Shown piece by piece: positions 21,967 to 38,529 of a DNA stretch of 64,000 bases; position 1 is the first letter of the stretch; each line of letters begins with the position of its first letter. Below the pieces are notes generated by a model. That model searched no databases. It worked only from the letters and a program-made list of their open reading frames with translations, and was not told the DNA's origin. Both the position numbers and the translations under genes were made by a program. Location of the stretch: NCBI GenBank assembly GCA_003344405.1, contig NOWV01000021.1, forward strand, positions 620,001 through 684,000, in the 5' to 3' direction. The stretch is from Trichoplax sp. H2. Lineage: Eukaryota.

Positions 21967-23466
21967 TTAAGCGTCTGCGATGGTAACTTCAACCTCTACG
22001 CCAGGTTCGATACCAATGGAAGTCTAGAGGTAGCGTTAAAGAAAATTGTACGGCAAAAAATTGAACACTCAAAGTTATAACAATAACCGTTCGTCATTGC
22101 ATCCAGAATCATTGCAGTGAATTACTACTGAGATTACCAATAATGGAATAATGAGAGTACTATCTACATGAATACATATACGTATGCATCTGTGAGTATC
22201 TACTATAGAAAGGGTAGGATACGATTTGTTTGACCACTTCAGATGGACTTCGCATATCAATTAAGCGTTTGTGAATTCTCATCTGGTAACGATCCCATGT
22301 CTTTGATCCTTCACCGCAAGGAGTCTTACGGGTCGTTATACGTAAGCATTTCGTAGGCAAGCGAACGGGTCCTTTGACGTTTAATTTCTTTTCCTTTGCT
22401 CCTCGAATCAGCTCAGCACATACTATATAAAGTATATACAGTAAAAGAGATCAGGCTCACAGGTATCTCATAAATTAATATTTAGCTAGGCTATAAGCTA
22501 GAGACTAGACAACGCATTCGCATTCGTTTGACAGCGCTATGTACAACCTTATCTTGTAAGGTAAATATTGGGTGATTCCGATCAGATGACAGTACACTAT
22601 TTTATCGTAACAAGAGAGAAAATTGCAATCGATTTATTTTAACGGCAAAGCTCCTTAGGTACCTTTTTCCAAGCTTTTCACTTTGGTACTGGATAAAGTT
22701 ATTCTTATGCGGTGAAGTTCAGCTTCTTCGGCAGGTGCTTTTTCGCTTTTTAATTGCGCCTTTATCATGATAATTATATTTTTGTTACTATTACATCTAT
22801 GATTGTTGAAAGTACGCCGTAGTAGCAAGCACTTTAATGGCAGTCAATCGATATGTGAGTTATTCATATATCCGCGTGTATATCAATTATCGTAGTGGTA
22901 GACCCAGCAGTTTACAGTATTTGGAGTAGCGGCGATCCTATTACCTATACCGTACCGATTGGGTTTCTAATGTAGAAACTACAGCTGATCGACAACAAAG
23001 TTAGAAGTAAAGGTAATCAATACTGTACTTGTAAATTAATCGTAAAACGTATTTCACTTTACATTACCGTTGCATCTCAAGATGTATGTTTCAACTCTCT
23101 GCTAATAGTACTGTCAAATGCATCCACACTATGAGCATTTTTAGCCTAGGAGCAAACGGACTATAAAACTGAAACTGGTCTTGCTCCATACAAGTAAGAC
23201 ATTCTACTTTACCGAAAATCATTTCATCAAGAGAGTGTACAATAGAGTATGGTAGGAGAATGATTTCAATCTTTCAACTTCAAGAATTGACAAGTTGTCA
23301 TTTTCTGGCACGATACTTTTTAGAGAAGTTGTAGTGCTCATACGTACGCGTAGATGACGATCAGCATCCGTAACTTATTGTAAGCAACTGGATCATTGAC
23401 TGCAAATAACTCATCGATTTACTAATAATGCCACATAGCTATTAGCCGTGAATTTTCCCTTACCAT
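21967..23466 (-). CDS. RPS20: 40S ribosomal protein S20 (uS10), 4 coding exons, 118 aa
   Basis: Exons 23466-23464 (ATG|GTAAGG), 22759-22663 (AQLK...[17 protein letters not shown]), 22422-22223 ([12 protein letters not shown]...[24 protein letters not shown]...VVKQI) and 22023-21967 ([18 protein letters not shown]). Total 357 nt, in frame. Confidence 0.96.
22024..22222 (-). other. Probable U12-type (minor spliceosome) GT-AG intron in RPS20
   Basis: 5' splice site GTATCCTA versus consensus GTATCCTT. Branch-like TTTCTTTAAC lies 11 nt before the 3' end, with no long polypyrimidine tract. Confidence 0.7.
23357..23421 (-). ncRNA. Candidate intronic box C/D snoRNA (28S rRNA guide)
   Basis: On the minus strand: C-like box TCGATGA (23417-23411), D box CTGA (23364-23361), and AAGTTACGGAT (23376-23366) one nt before the D box, complementary to conserved LSU rRNA ATCCGTAACTT. 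Sense to, and intronic in, a ribosomal protein gene. Confidence 0.6.
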
Positions 23467-23521
23467 AATTCGAACTGGTCGACTTATTCCTGTGAACAGC
23501 GGTGAACCAATTCACAAAGAT

Positions 23522-23570
23522 CAAAATGGTTGACTACACGGACACGAGGTATCGGTAGGAAGAGGGAGAA
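23522..23570 (-). promoter_or_regulatory. RPS20 TCT/5'TOP pyrimidine tract plus downstream YY1-type site
   Basis: Minus strand TTCTCCCTCTTCCT (23570-23557) about 100 nt upstream of the ATG, and ACCATTTTG (23530-23522) in the putative 5'UTR. Both are typical of animal ribosomal protein promoters. Confidence 0.6.
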
Positions 23571-23906
23571 TACGCCGACGGCTGCGTATTTGAGTGGTTG
23601 CAATTTTTCGTTTGCAGTCCGTAGCATCTGTCAGTACATGAACTGGAGTACAGTACTGTGTACACTACACTGTACTGTACTGTACAGTACTGTATATTGG
23701 ACATTGTACTGTACACTGTACAGTGTACAGTACAATTGTCACAGCCCATAATGCATCAATGCCGACGTCAGTGAGACAACCATGACCATTGAGGTACCTC
23801 TACGACTGTGACTCACACTCAGATGACTCTAATATCGTGCAGTAGTAGTGCAATACGTATGTACTGTACTGAGTACATACCATATGACAATATACTGTAT
23901 ACTGTA

Positions 23907-24347
23907 GCAACTGAAACATGAAACATGACCTAGTGTACTACTACGCATGCTCTATGCTAGACAATCTATAATATAGCAACTGAAACATGAAACATGGCCT
24001 AGTGTACTACTACGCATGTTCTATGCTAGACAATCGATAATATAGCAACTGAAACATGAAACATGGCCTAGTGTACTACTACGCATGCTCTATGCTAGAC
24101 AATCGATAATATAGCAACTGAAACATGAAACATGGCCTAGTGTACTACTACGCATGTTCTATGCTAGGCAATCGATAATATAGCAACTGAAACATGAAAC
24201 ATGACCTAGTGTACTACGCATGCTCTATGCTAGACAATCGATAATATAGCAACTGAAACATGAAACATGGCCTAGTGTACTACTACGCATGTTCTATGCT
24301 AGGCAATCGATAATATAGCAACTGAAACATGAAACATGACCTAGTGT
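23907..24347. repeat. 69-bp minisatellite (6 full units plus a partial unit, truncated by gap)
   Basis: Unit gcaactgaaacatgaaacatgRcctagtgtactactacgcatgYtctatgctagRcaatcgataatata starts at 23907, 23976, 24045, 24114, 24183, 24249 and 24318. Confidence 0.97.
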
Positions 24348-24367
24348 NNNNNNNNNNNNNNNNNNNN

Positions 24368-25150
24368 TACAAGTAAGACATTCTACTTTACCGAAAATCA
24401 TTTCATCAAGAGAGTGTACAATAGAGTATGGTAGGAGAATGATTTCAATCTTTCAACTTCAAGAATTGACAAGTTGTCATTTTCTGGCACGATACTTTTT
24501 AGAGAAGTTGTAGTGCTCATACGTACGCGTAGATGACGATCAGCATCCGTAACTTATTGTAAGCAACTGGATCATTGACTGCAAATAACTCATCGATTTA
24601 CTAATAATGCCACATAGCTATTAGCCGTGAATTTTCCCTTACCATAATTCGAACTGGTCGACTTATTCCTGTGAACAGCGGTGAACCAATTCACAAAGAT
24701 CAAAATGGTTGACTACACGGACACGAGGTATCGGTAGGAAGAGGGAGAATACGCCGACGGCTGCGTATTTGAGTGGTTACAATTTTTCGTTTGCAGTCCG
24801 TAGCATCTGTCAGTACATGAACTGGAGTACAGTACACTACACTGTACAGTTCTACAGTACTGTACTGTACTGTACTGTACAGTACAGTACAGTACATACC
24901 ATATGACAATATACTGTATACTGTAGCAACTGAAACATGAAACATGGCCTAGTGTACTACTACGCATGTTCTATGCTAGACAATCGATAATATAGCAACT
25001 GAAACATGAAACACGGCCTAGTGTACTACTACGCATGTTCATGCTCGACAATCGATAATACAGTATAGCAACTGAAACATGAAACATGACCTAGTGTACT
25101 ACTACGCATGTTCCATGCCAGACAATCGATAATATAGCAACTGAAACATG
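24368..25150. repeat. Second copy of RPS20 intron 1/exon 1/promoter and minisatellite after a 20-N gap (probable alternate haplotype)
   Basis: 24368 onward matches 23189 onward (offset 1179) with a few SNPs and one deletion. Minisatellite units start at 24926, 24995 and 25068, with a partial unit at 25137. Confidence 0.9.
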
Positions 25151-25337
25151 ACTGAGCCCAAGATGGTCCAGTAGGACGGTGCACAGCGTAGGAGATGTCA
25201 TATGACACATTCACGTCACTGAATCAATGGCCAATAAAAATGCAGTTGACTTCTGGCTTTTAAAGTTGGAGGCTGCCTATCAGCCCCATATGCCTTTGCG
25301 CGTATCATATAATACGAGTCGTAAAAAATAATTCAAG

Positions 25338-29220
<3,883 letters not shown>

Positions 29221-32200
29221 ATTATTGGAAAAGATTTACTATGCCTGAAATTGGTAAAAGTGATTAATGTTTATACTTGATTTCACGCCTGCTCAGTACA
29301 TGTTTCTCATTTACTGTATTCTAATCAACTCAGGATTTTTTTGTGATAACTGTAAGCGATCTCGCTGGCATTATAGGCATGTTTAATTTCTGATAATAAC
29401 ATTCTTAAAAAAAGCTAAAAATTGTCATAAAGACGACACTTAGATATTTCTTTAAAGGCTCTCAGAGTATTTTTTCTAAATTATTACCCGAAGAGATGAC
29501 TGCCAAGTTGAACAAATCTCTAACCAATAGTTTTTTCTTATTGCTTCTATCGGTATAACCATCTTGAAAAACTTACTTAAGATACCTTGTATCGAGGTCA
29601 TTATAACAGAGATCTCTCACCGTAATTCGATTTATCTCCTAGATTTACATGATATGAAAGATTAATATTCTGTTTACAATGCTTTTTCGTCTAAAGATGA
29701 GCATATTGCGGTATTTGATGCTTAATTACTTTTGAGTACAGGCCTCATACTACTGAGAGCAAAACTACTACACTGATTATATCACGAAATTTATAGATAT
29801 ATCCTGTACAGGTTGTTGCATTTAAGTACATTGAATAGCTTTTTATGATTGATACAAAGGCATTCGTTTTATCTAGCGATTGTCTTAATGTAAATCAAGA
29901 TTTAGTGTACAGAAATTGTTATAATAATGTAATACCCATCCGTTGTCTCCCTTATGAATGTAACATGAATAACAGAGTACTGTAATACCATTGAAATGAA
30001 CTGTACTGTATAACTTTTCTTATTGTTTGACATCGTGATAATATATAAAATGAAAATTTCTTTTTGCCCTGTACGAATGTTTCAAATTAATAATTATTAC
30101 TGCTTGCCCTGTACGTATTCTTAGAGATTGTACATTGTCGTTAATTTTTAAATTTTATGTTCTAATCTTGCATGACTGGTTAATTGCGATGGAAGTTTTT
30201 ACTGAATTATTGCTACATTACAGCAGACGATATATGCGTACATGACACACGTATTGCAAATAGGAACAGCTGGTGTGTGTTTTATTTTATGAATTATGAT
30301 ATATAGTAAAGTGAGTTTCTAATTAATAAGCATGAGTAGGACTGAATTTGAGTCAGCATAGCAATATGTGTATGATGTATCTATACATATGTAGCAAGTA
30401 TAGTTAAAATTCTGTATTTTAGTGCATTAATGACTTTTCCATGTTAGATGATGTAGGTTGCTAACTACCGTACAGTGCTGCAAAGTTAGCCAGGATCAAT
30501 AATTATATAATTGACATGCTATTTAAATACATGATTGTTTTATATTAAGAAATCAAAGTACTTTATCTAGTATGTACAGCAACTTAAAAAAAAATAATAT
30601 CATTCGCAATACAGAGTGGCTACGAACTGAGACTAAATAAAAGAAAACAGAACTACAGGAAATTACAAACAAAAGCTGCCCACTTGGGTTCTAAGTATCG
30701 GAACATCCACTTATACAGTTATACTTGAACTGTATGATATACAGTACGTGTACAAACAATTAAATAATATCAAGTATACACTGTTGATTTATTTCCAATT
30801 GTCATAAATTCCTGGAGAAAAAGCCCAAAATTACATATCGTACAATTTGTTTGCTTCTGATTCATTAATTAATCGATGGAAGGCCTAAGCCGCGAACTAA
30901 TTTTACTGTAATCGCAGCATAGTTGTGGTTATGCGCTGTTTTCAAGATGACGACTGATCAGCTGCATACAACCGCCATCATCTACAAATATACATACGTA
31001 TACGTATTTCTATATGCATGGTATCTAGGATTCATTACGTCATTGTTTTGCACATTTTAATATGTAAGTTTTTGTCCCTTTGTAGAACGGATATAAAGTG
31101 TTGGTTATATCAAAAGTTTGTAGGTGTATTAATCTAAAATCAATGTTTATCTGAAACAATACCACTATATACTGTACTGTACAGTACCATCTATGATTAA
31201 TTATCATCCAGATTAGCTGCTTGTTCGGTTTTATATTGACAGCAGAGAGCGGAATTTCGGATTACTGACAGCAACATGTAAAGCTTAAACGGTACCCGAT
31301 GCATTATGTGCGTTACTTGCAGAAATTATTTAATTAATAAAAGCGCATTTAAATTAATTAACCGCCATTTCTGGCATATTTAATGAGGTTTCATAGTACT
31401 TTTAATACTTTTAATAAATCAACAAAACGTGATTTATCAAGAACGTCTCTCTGCAAAATTCGGTACAGTAAACTGCTGTACCGAATTTTCAATAGAATTT
31501 TAACATAGAAATTGATTTTTTCCCCATTTTTTATTACGATATTTCAATTTTAATACACCTAAGCTATCAATTGATAGCAAATATGTGTAATAAAGTTTTC
31601 AAATTATAATTTCATCTAATTTCAATCTGTAGGAAAGACTTGTAGGAGACCCCTTCAGTCCATACAGTACCGTATACAGTAAGTAGATGTACTGACACAG
31701 TACCAAACCTTCGACAGGGATAGACACTATACAGTACTACGGTGGCCCAGAAGGCTCTGATGGGCCACCGTACTATACTGTACTGTACAGTGTACAAGTG
31801 TACAGTAAGTACTGTAGATCTGTTCATGGTTTGCTTTTAAGATGATTCAGTATAGAGCGATCTGAACAATACATCGAAGTAAGATCATTGGTTCAACAGA
31901 ACAATAGCAGTTAAAATCATTGGTTCAACTGAACAAAGCAATTTCGAGAAGAATTTACAGTATACAGTAGTACTGTACTGTACTGTATGACTTCACGTAT
32001 TGTAAATAAATACTGTACGGTACAGTACCGTACAGTACTGGTAGCAGCGCAGAAAAGAACTCCAATAATAATTTATCAAAATAATCGAATTTGCCTTCTG
32101 CGTCTTTGGGTGGAATTCCTCTGTTGCACTTTTCCAGAGCTACGTGTATAAAATCCTTCCAAACTCGGCTGTCTTTCACTTTTAAGGCTTTACAACTGAA

Positions 32201-33939
32201 AAAAGATAGTTATCGGTAAGATCTCATAGTTGTACTTTTATGAACGTTGTTAATCAACGTATGGTAACATCAGATATTGCCGTAGCGTTGAAGAGATCCA
32301 TTTTAATAGCCAACTCATGATCACTGCTAGCACAGTTTTTTTCTCCCATTGCAATATCTACAGTAGTACAGCACTCTGATATTCATAATATTCACCATCT
32401 ATTTTGAAATGATTCATTGATAATTGACCAAAATACTTCATTTACAGCTATGGATGCTATTGCATTACCTATGTACGTTCAAGATTCAACGATCTTATAT
32501 GGAGTACACCTTTTATCTTGTTATGTGTAGCCATTTTATTGCAGTTCTTAGCCTCCGTTATTTTTTACAGAGGAAACTTCTCTTGTATTCCCTTACTAAT
32601 ATTAATCAAGGCATACAAGTAAACCCACATGCAGTAGTTCTACTTGACTCCTCTTATCAATAACCTATTAGACTGATCCTATAGCACAAGTAGTAACAGT
32701 AGTATTTATAAGTCTGAAATAATTTAAATTGATTTTAAGAATTATTATTACAACGTCTCACTATAATCGGATACTTTATCGACTCTATCGGTTGGTATTG
32801 ACTGTCTGGAACATGCCCAATAACCCACACAGGCAAAGCTTTTGTTTTACCTCCACAGGGCTATGGTACAACGCAGAATGTTTCCATAGATTTTCCCGTT
32901 CTGATTAATTATAGTATAATTATACTTTGTAATTGGACTGCCAATAGCTGAAAGATGACTACTGCACATGGAATCCGATTCAGTTCTACTCTACTGTGCT
33001 GTGGACAATAATAGTACATTAATACGATATCAATACTGCAGTTATTATTTTGGGGAGGGGGGATAGAGTACTGGAAATGATTGATTTATGCTCTTGGAGA
33101 TTGATAGCCATTTCTCGAAGTTTTCTACAGTCTACAGCATTTATAATGAGTATCTGTCAATAACGTCTTGGAGGAATGTAGTGTAAATAGTATCATATCT
33201 ATCTAAATTTTATGACAGTACAAAATCCTAAAGAATGTGTTAACCACCGTTATTGTACGAGCGTATGTCGGATACAATGTTACTACGATGGACTGTTTAT
33301 TGTATTGTAGTGACAGTAACATATAATTAAATTACTGTATTCACAAGCATGTATCATTAACGCCCTATAATTTAGTTATGTGATCCCTGTACAATAACTG
33401 TATAGTTGCTGTCTGCGTATTCTAATTAGAGTACGTACAGACTCATTTCTGGCATTATTGATAACAACAATTGGAGCACTCCAGTATTTCACACTTTCCT
33501 TAGAAAACAGTCAAAATCATGCTTGCGGTCACTATTGGACTACGTATTTTGACTGAAGTATGGTCATATAATGTAGATAGCGTGTAGATGTTGTATACTT
33601 TAATTTACTGAGCCTAAATGGTGAGAGTGCTGACTAGATCGCTGAAAATGTAGTCAGTACTATACGTATTCTATTGCTTATCGAACTTTAATTAAGGTGA
33701 CGCTAGAGATCAATCGAGGTTACGATCAATATACTTCAATGTACCTGGATACTTATTACTGTATATGTATAGTCTAGTAAGAAGTAATTATTGTCGATAA
33801 ACGTTATTAGTTATTGTAAAATATGAATCGAAAATCAATATAGTACCCGATCTAACATAAATACGATAATAAGATAATACTGTACACCTGGCATTAACCA
33901 GTATAATCTTAATCTATTTTATAGGATTAGTGAAGTAAA

Positions 33940-36900
33940 ATGTCGTATCCACCACCAGGAAGCTATCCAGGATATCCCCCATCTAATACTGGTTATCCAC
34001 CATCTAATACGGGTTATCCACCAGCTGGTAATCCAGCATACCCGCCTGCTCAAAATCCTGGTTATCCACCGGCTGCTCCTGCAGCTTATCCACCAACTCA
34101 GACTCCCGGATATCCACCAGCTAATGTACCTGGTTATCCGCCATCTAGCACTCCTGGTTATCCGCCATCAAACACTCCTGGTTATCCGCCATCAAACACT
34201 CCTGGTTATCCGCCATCAAACACTCCTGGTTATCCGCCATCGAACACTGCAGGGTATCCACCAGCAAACACTACTGGCTATCCACAATCTGGTTACCCAG
34301 CGAATCCGCCAGCTGGTTCACAGCCATATCCATCTAATCCTAGTTATGCTGCAGGCTCTGTAAGTAAAATCGGACTGCTTATATATATAATTATTTGATT
34401 GCTATTGGATAGAATTCTTTTGCTACTATGGCTACAGTATAAGTCACTTGGCTACTAAGAGCAATTAAAGATTACTGATATTATTTATAGACCTTCACAT
34501 ACATATAGTAGTACATTTTAAAGACCCTTAACTAACTTTCGTAACTATTGTAATTTAATAATATAATTAATTTCTACTATTAAATGGACGTGTAGTTCAT
34601 ATGAATGCTTCGGAATTCGGAATATTGTAAAGTATAATAGCGGTACCTGCCCTAATATAGAACTATCCTTTGCAGGGTTATCCAGCAACTGGTCAGAGTT
34701 ACCCGGCTGCAGGTACAGCTTATCCTGGTATGACTCAACCACCAACTTCTACAACATCTTCATACAATTCATATCAAGCAGCTCCACCATCTGGATCTGC
34801 AGCTATGCCCGTCCCGTATCCTACAGGGACAGCAGCACCGCCAACGCAGCAACAGTTGTACAGCACTCCAAATATGCCTGCTCAACAGCCAACAGTCCCA
34901 CAACCAGCTCAACAAAGTTACGGTGCACCTCCGGTTGCAGCTCCTCAAGCAACGGCTCCGCAGCTAGGTAGCGCAAAATACACCTCAATACTAATTTTTA
35001 CGAATTGCTTTAAATTTATATCTATATGATTCTACAATTCTTAAATGTATTTCCCTTCCTTATCATTCTGTCACCTTTACCGGATTTTAAACCTTAAATA
35101 AAGGTTCTCCAATCCAAGTATGTCACCAAACTTCTATAACGGTGATACTTTATCGGCTATGTTATGCTAAATGTAAAATATCTACTTAAGGCATCAAACG
35201 TGATTCCTCCAACAGCTGCAATGGCCACAATGAATATAAAATCAGTGACAGCTGTAAGTATGATTTCTACGCCTGCTATTATTTGACAATGTTTGATAAT
35301 ACTTAAGGAAGAATATAATGGAATTTTGATATCCTACTTCTGATTTAAACAGAAAGGTACTGTTGTACCAGCCAAAACATTTAATCCTGAATCTGATTGT
35401 GAAATTTTAAAAAAAGCCATGAAAGGTTTCGGTACGTTTATATGTTTGCCTACTTGACTCCTTTAAATGCTTTAAAAATTGTGTGTAATGTTACATCGCG
35501 TGATGTGAACTAGTCGAAGCTAAGGCTTAGTATGACTTAAAAACTGGACGCTCCAGCTTTATGTAGATATCATGATCTATAACTTGTAATTGTAACTGCC
35601 GCAGGTACCGATGAGAAAGCCATCATTGATATACTAGCCAATCGATCTAATGCTCAGCGCTTGAAAATCTCTTCCATGTATAAAACTATGTTTGGACAGG
35701 TGATACCAAACCAACCTTTCATATAGATACCTCATTATTATTAACAATGCAACTAGTTATTTTCCTATAAAAGTTATATACTAGTATTGGCAACTTAGAC
35801 AAGCATAGCCATTCATTTACAAGCTATAATCATATAGTACTCTATAAAGTTATTTGGTATGACCGTACATGTAGGATCTTATAGGAAAACTCAAGTCTGA
35901 ACTATCTGGTAACTTTGAGAAAGCTATCTTAGCACTATTGAATCCCCCAGCTGTACAAGATGCGAAGTGGTTACGTGCAGCAATGAAAGTAATTCAAATT
36001 TTTTAAGCTTTTACTTATTATAGTCAATTTATCTTTTAAAATTTTAACGAGAGCACAATTTTTTATTAGGGGTTAGGCACAGACGAAGAGATACTTATTG
36101 AAATCTTATGCACTCGTACTAATGCGGTAAATATTACTGTTCATTCAATACTCGTATGTAATTAGATGTTACTGTAATGATCATTTAGGATGCTGTTTAA
36201 AGCGTCTCCGACATTTTTTATATAACGAGAGATTCGTAGAAGTATTGATAATTGCATAGATAGAATCCTGACCAATATGTGCTAATGTAGTATCATAGCA
36301 TATAATATTGATGTAAGGTAATGAAATATCTCACAGAAATGCGGCTTTCAATCTTAAATTTCATAGGAAATACTTGCAATCAAGGAAGCTTACAAGAAAA
36401 GTTAGAATTGTGATAAACTATTAGATTCGAAGTTGGTAGTGTATTAATGATTTCTGTTACTTACAGCGTACTTTTATGTTCACCATTTCTATAGACATAA
36501 ATAGGGATCTTGAAAAGGATTGCGTGAGCGAAACAAGTGGGTACTTTAAGAGGTTGTTGGTCTCAATGTGTCAAGTATGTCAATAAGTTGATGTGATAAA
36601 AACTACAATACTACTTTAAAAAGAACACGGTAGCAGAAATTTGTAGATTTCAGTATTATACTTATTTAATAATAGGCTAATAGATCTGAAGCCACTTCCG
36701 TTGACATGGCAAGTGCTAAAAAGGATGCTGCGGATTTGTTTCAGGTAAGCTGTAATTATAAATTTATAGGATATTGTAAAGATTCATAAGATATATAACC
36801 AATTTATTAATAAAACTTTGTTAAGGCTGGTGAAAAAAGATGGGGAACTGATGAATCTCGTTTTAATGTAATCTTATCTTCACGAAGTTTTCCGCAGTTG

Positions 36901-37632
36901 AGAGCAGTCTTTGATGAATATACTAAGGTTATTTATTATTAACATTCTCTATCGTCGAATAAAGTTAGGATTTAAATTAGCATTAAAATGAAATGCTTAC
37001 GATAAATTACCATATTTTGATCTAAATAGATTTCACAGCGAGATATCTTAAACTCTATAGACCGAGAGATGTCCGGTGATCTAAAACGAGGATTTAAAAC
37101 TATAGGTATCGTCTCACCCAAAATATAGCTAGTTATACTTTATTATCATTCGTTACAAAGCATATAAAATTGATCTCTGACTATCTCCAGAATCCATAAT
37201 ATATTATCTAATGAAATATTTTACAGTAAAGTGTGCACGTAATGCACCTAAATTCTTTGCCGACCGGCTACATCATGCAATGAAAGGTGTCGGCTCAGAT
37301 GATGATACATTAATTAGGATCATTGTGTCAAGAAGTGAGGTGAGTTTAATTACTTTCCAAGCAGTTGTCATGTATTGTATTAAGGCTTATTCGAAGATGA
37401 TTTACTCAAGTGTCTTATAGCAAAACTGTGTGTGCCTTTTAGTAAAGCAATTATTCAAAATGGTACATCGTTTGTACATTGAACTAGCCTATTTTTCTTA
37501 TTATAGATTGACCTTGCTAGTATCAAAGCAGAGTATCGGAATGCTCATCACAAAAGTCTTGGTAAAGCAATTGAAGGGGAAACTAATGGTGATTTTAAAC
37601 GAATACTCCTAGAAATTGTTAAAATGGACTAA
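33940..37632 (+). CDS. Annexin A7/A11-like, with long Gly/Tyr/Pro-rich N-terminal tail
   Basis: N-terminus [14 protein letters not shown]...; four annexin repeats ([78 protein letters not shown]). Stop TAA 37630-37632. Confidence 0.93.
34130..34262 (+). repeat. Coding 24-bp tandem repeat (PPSNTPGY)
   Basis: ccgccatcaaacactcctggttat repeated near-identically in annexin coding exon 1, with degenerate units on both sides. Confidence 0.9.
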
Positions 37633-38529
37633 CAATATTCTGCATGATAATATTTTTACTTTTAACATGAGCTCCATGCCAAAGTAAGACTGCAGCCACT
37701 GAAGTATGAGTTTGGATGAGATTTAGGTCAACTGCTCTCTTGTTTAATTAATTATAGCCAAAACTGCAGACAGACTTTTAGAACGTTTAAAGAAATTTCT
37801 GAGCACTTTTAATATTTAGGATATTATTTCTACGGAAGCAATATATAATATTACGGAAACGTTGATCACATTAAAGATTAACACTATTGTCGATCCTAAT
37901 GTTATTTCGAGATAGCAATAAATGTACTACAAAATCGGAAAATAAAGTTAAATTCCAGTTTATGCTTGTGTTACTGTTGATCCGCTGTAACTCAACCTAC
38001 TGTGGATCCCTGTACCAAAATACATTGTTTGAGATTGTGCCTTATCAGTACCTGATTGAATTAAAAAAATAGAAAAAAGGAAGGATTACGGACCTGATTG
38101 CGATGGGAATAGAGACCAAACCATTAAAAAATACCCTAATTGAGATTACTACACCTCCATGATCACTATAAGTTGTAATCTGCCAGATAAACATTTTAGC
38201 TATTCAACTTGTGGAACTGACGAAAACTATAATTGATATAATATAAATATACAGATTTTTCGACTGAGTAAAGCTAATAAAGAAGGCACAGAACAGTATA
38301 TAAATTACAAATTATGAATTAATCAGCTGAATACAATGATAACAATAACTGACAACTTCCAGACGTCAGTTTCTATATTTTTACCTGCAGACTGCATAGT
38401 AGGTCTCAAAGACGTGCTATCTTTAGTTTGAAGGCGCAACCATAGTCTCCATAGGTGTAAAAGAAAACCTGGTTTTCTTTTAACCCTATGAACTAAGTCA
38501 AGCTGCGCCTTTAGTGATGTTCTGGTAGT

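Noticed and set aside
24368..24890. Second RPS20 promoter / alternative first exon
   Set aside because: It begins exactly at a 20-N gap and mirrors the pre-gap sequence, so a haplotype overlap is the simpler explanation.
23530..24967. Short Y/C/T/V/S-rich ORFs (also around 51475-55861)
   Set aside because: They are translations of CAGTA/TACTG simple repeats with no recognisable domains.
23907..25150. CRISPR-like array
   Set aside because: Whole 69-bp units repeat with no unique spacers, there are no cas genes, and the context is eukaryotic.
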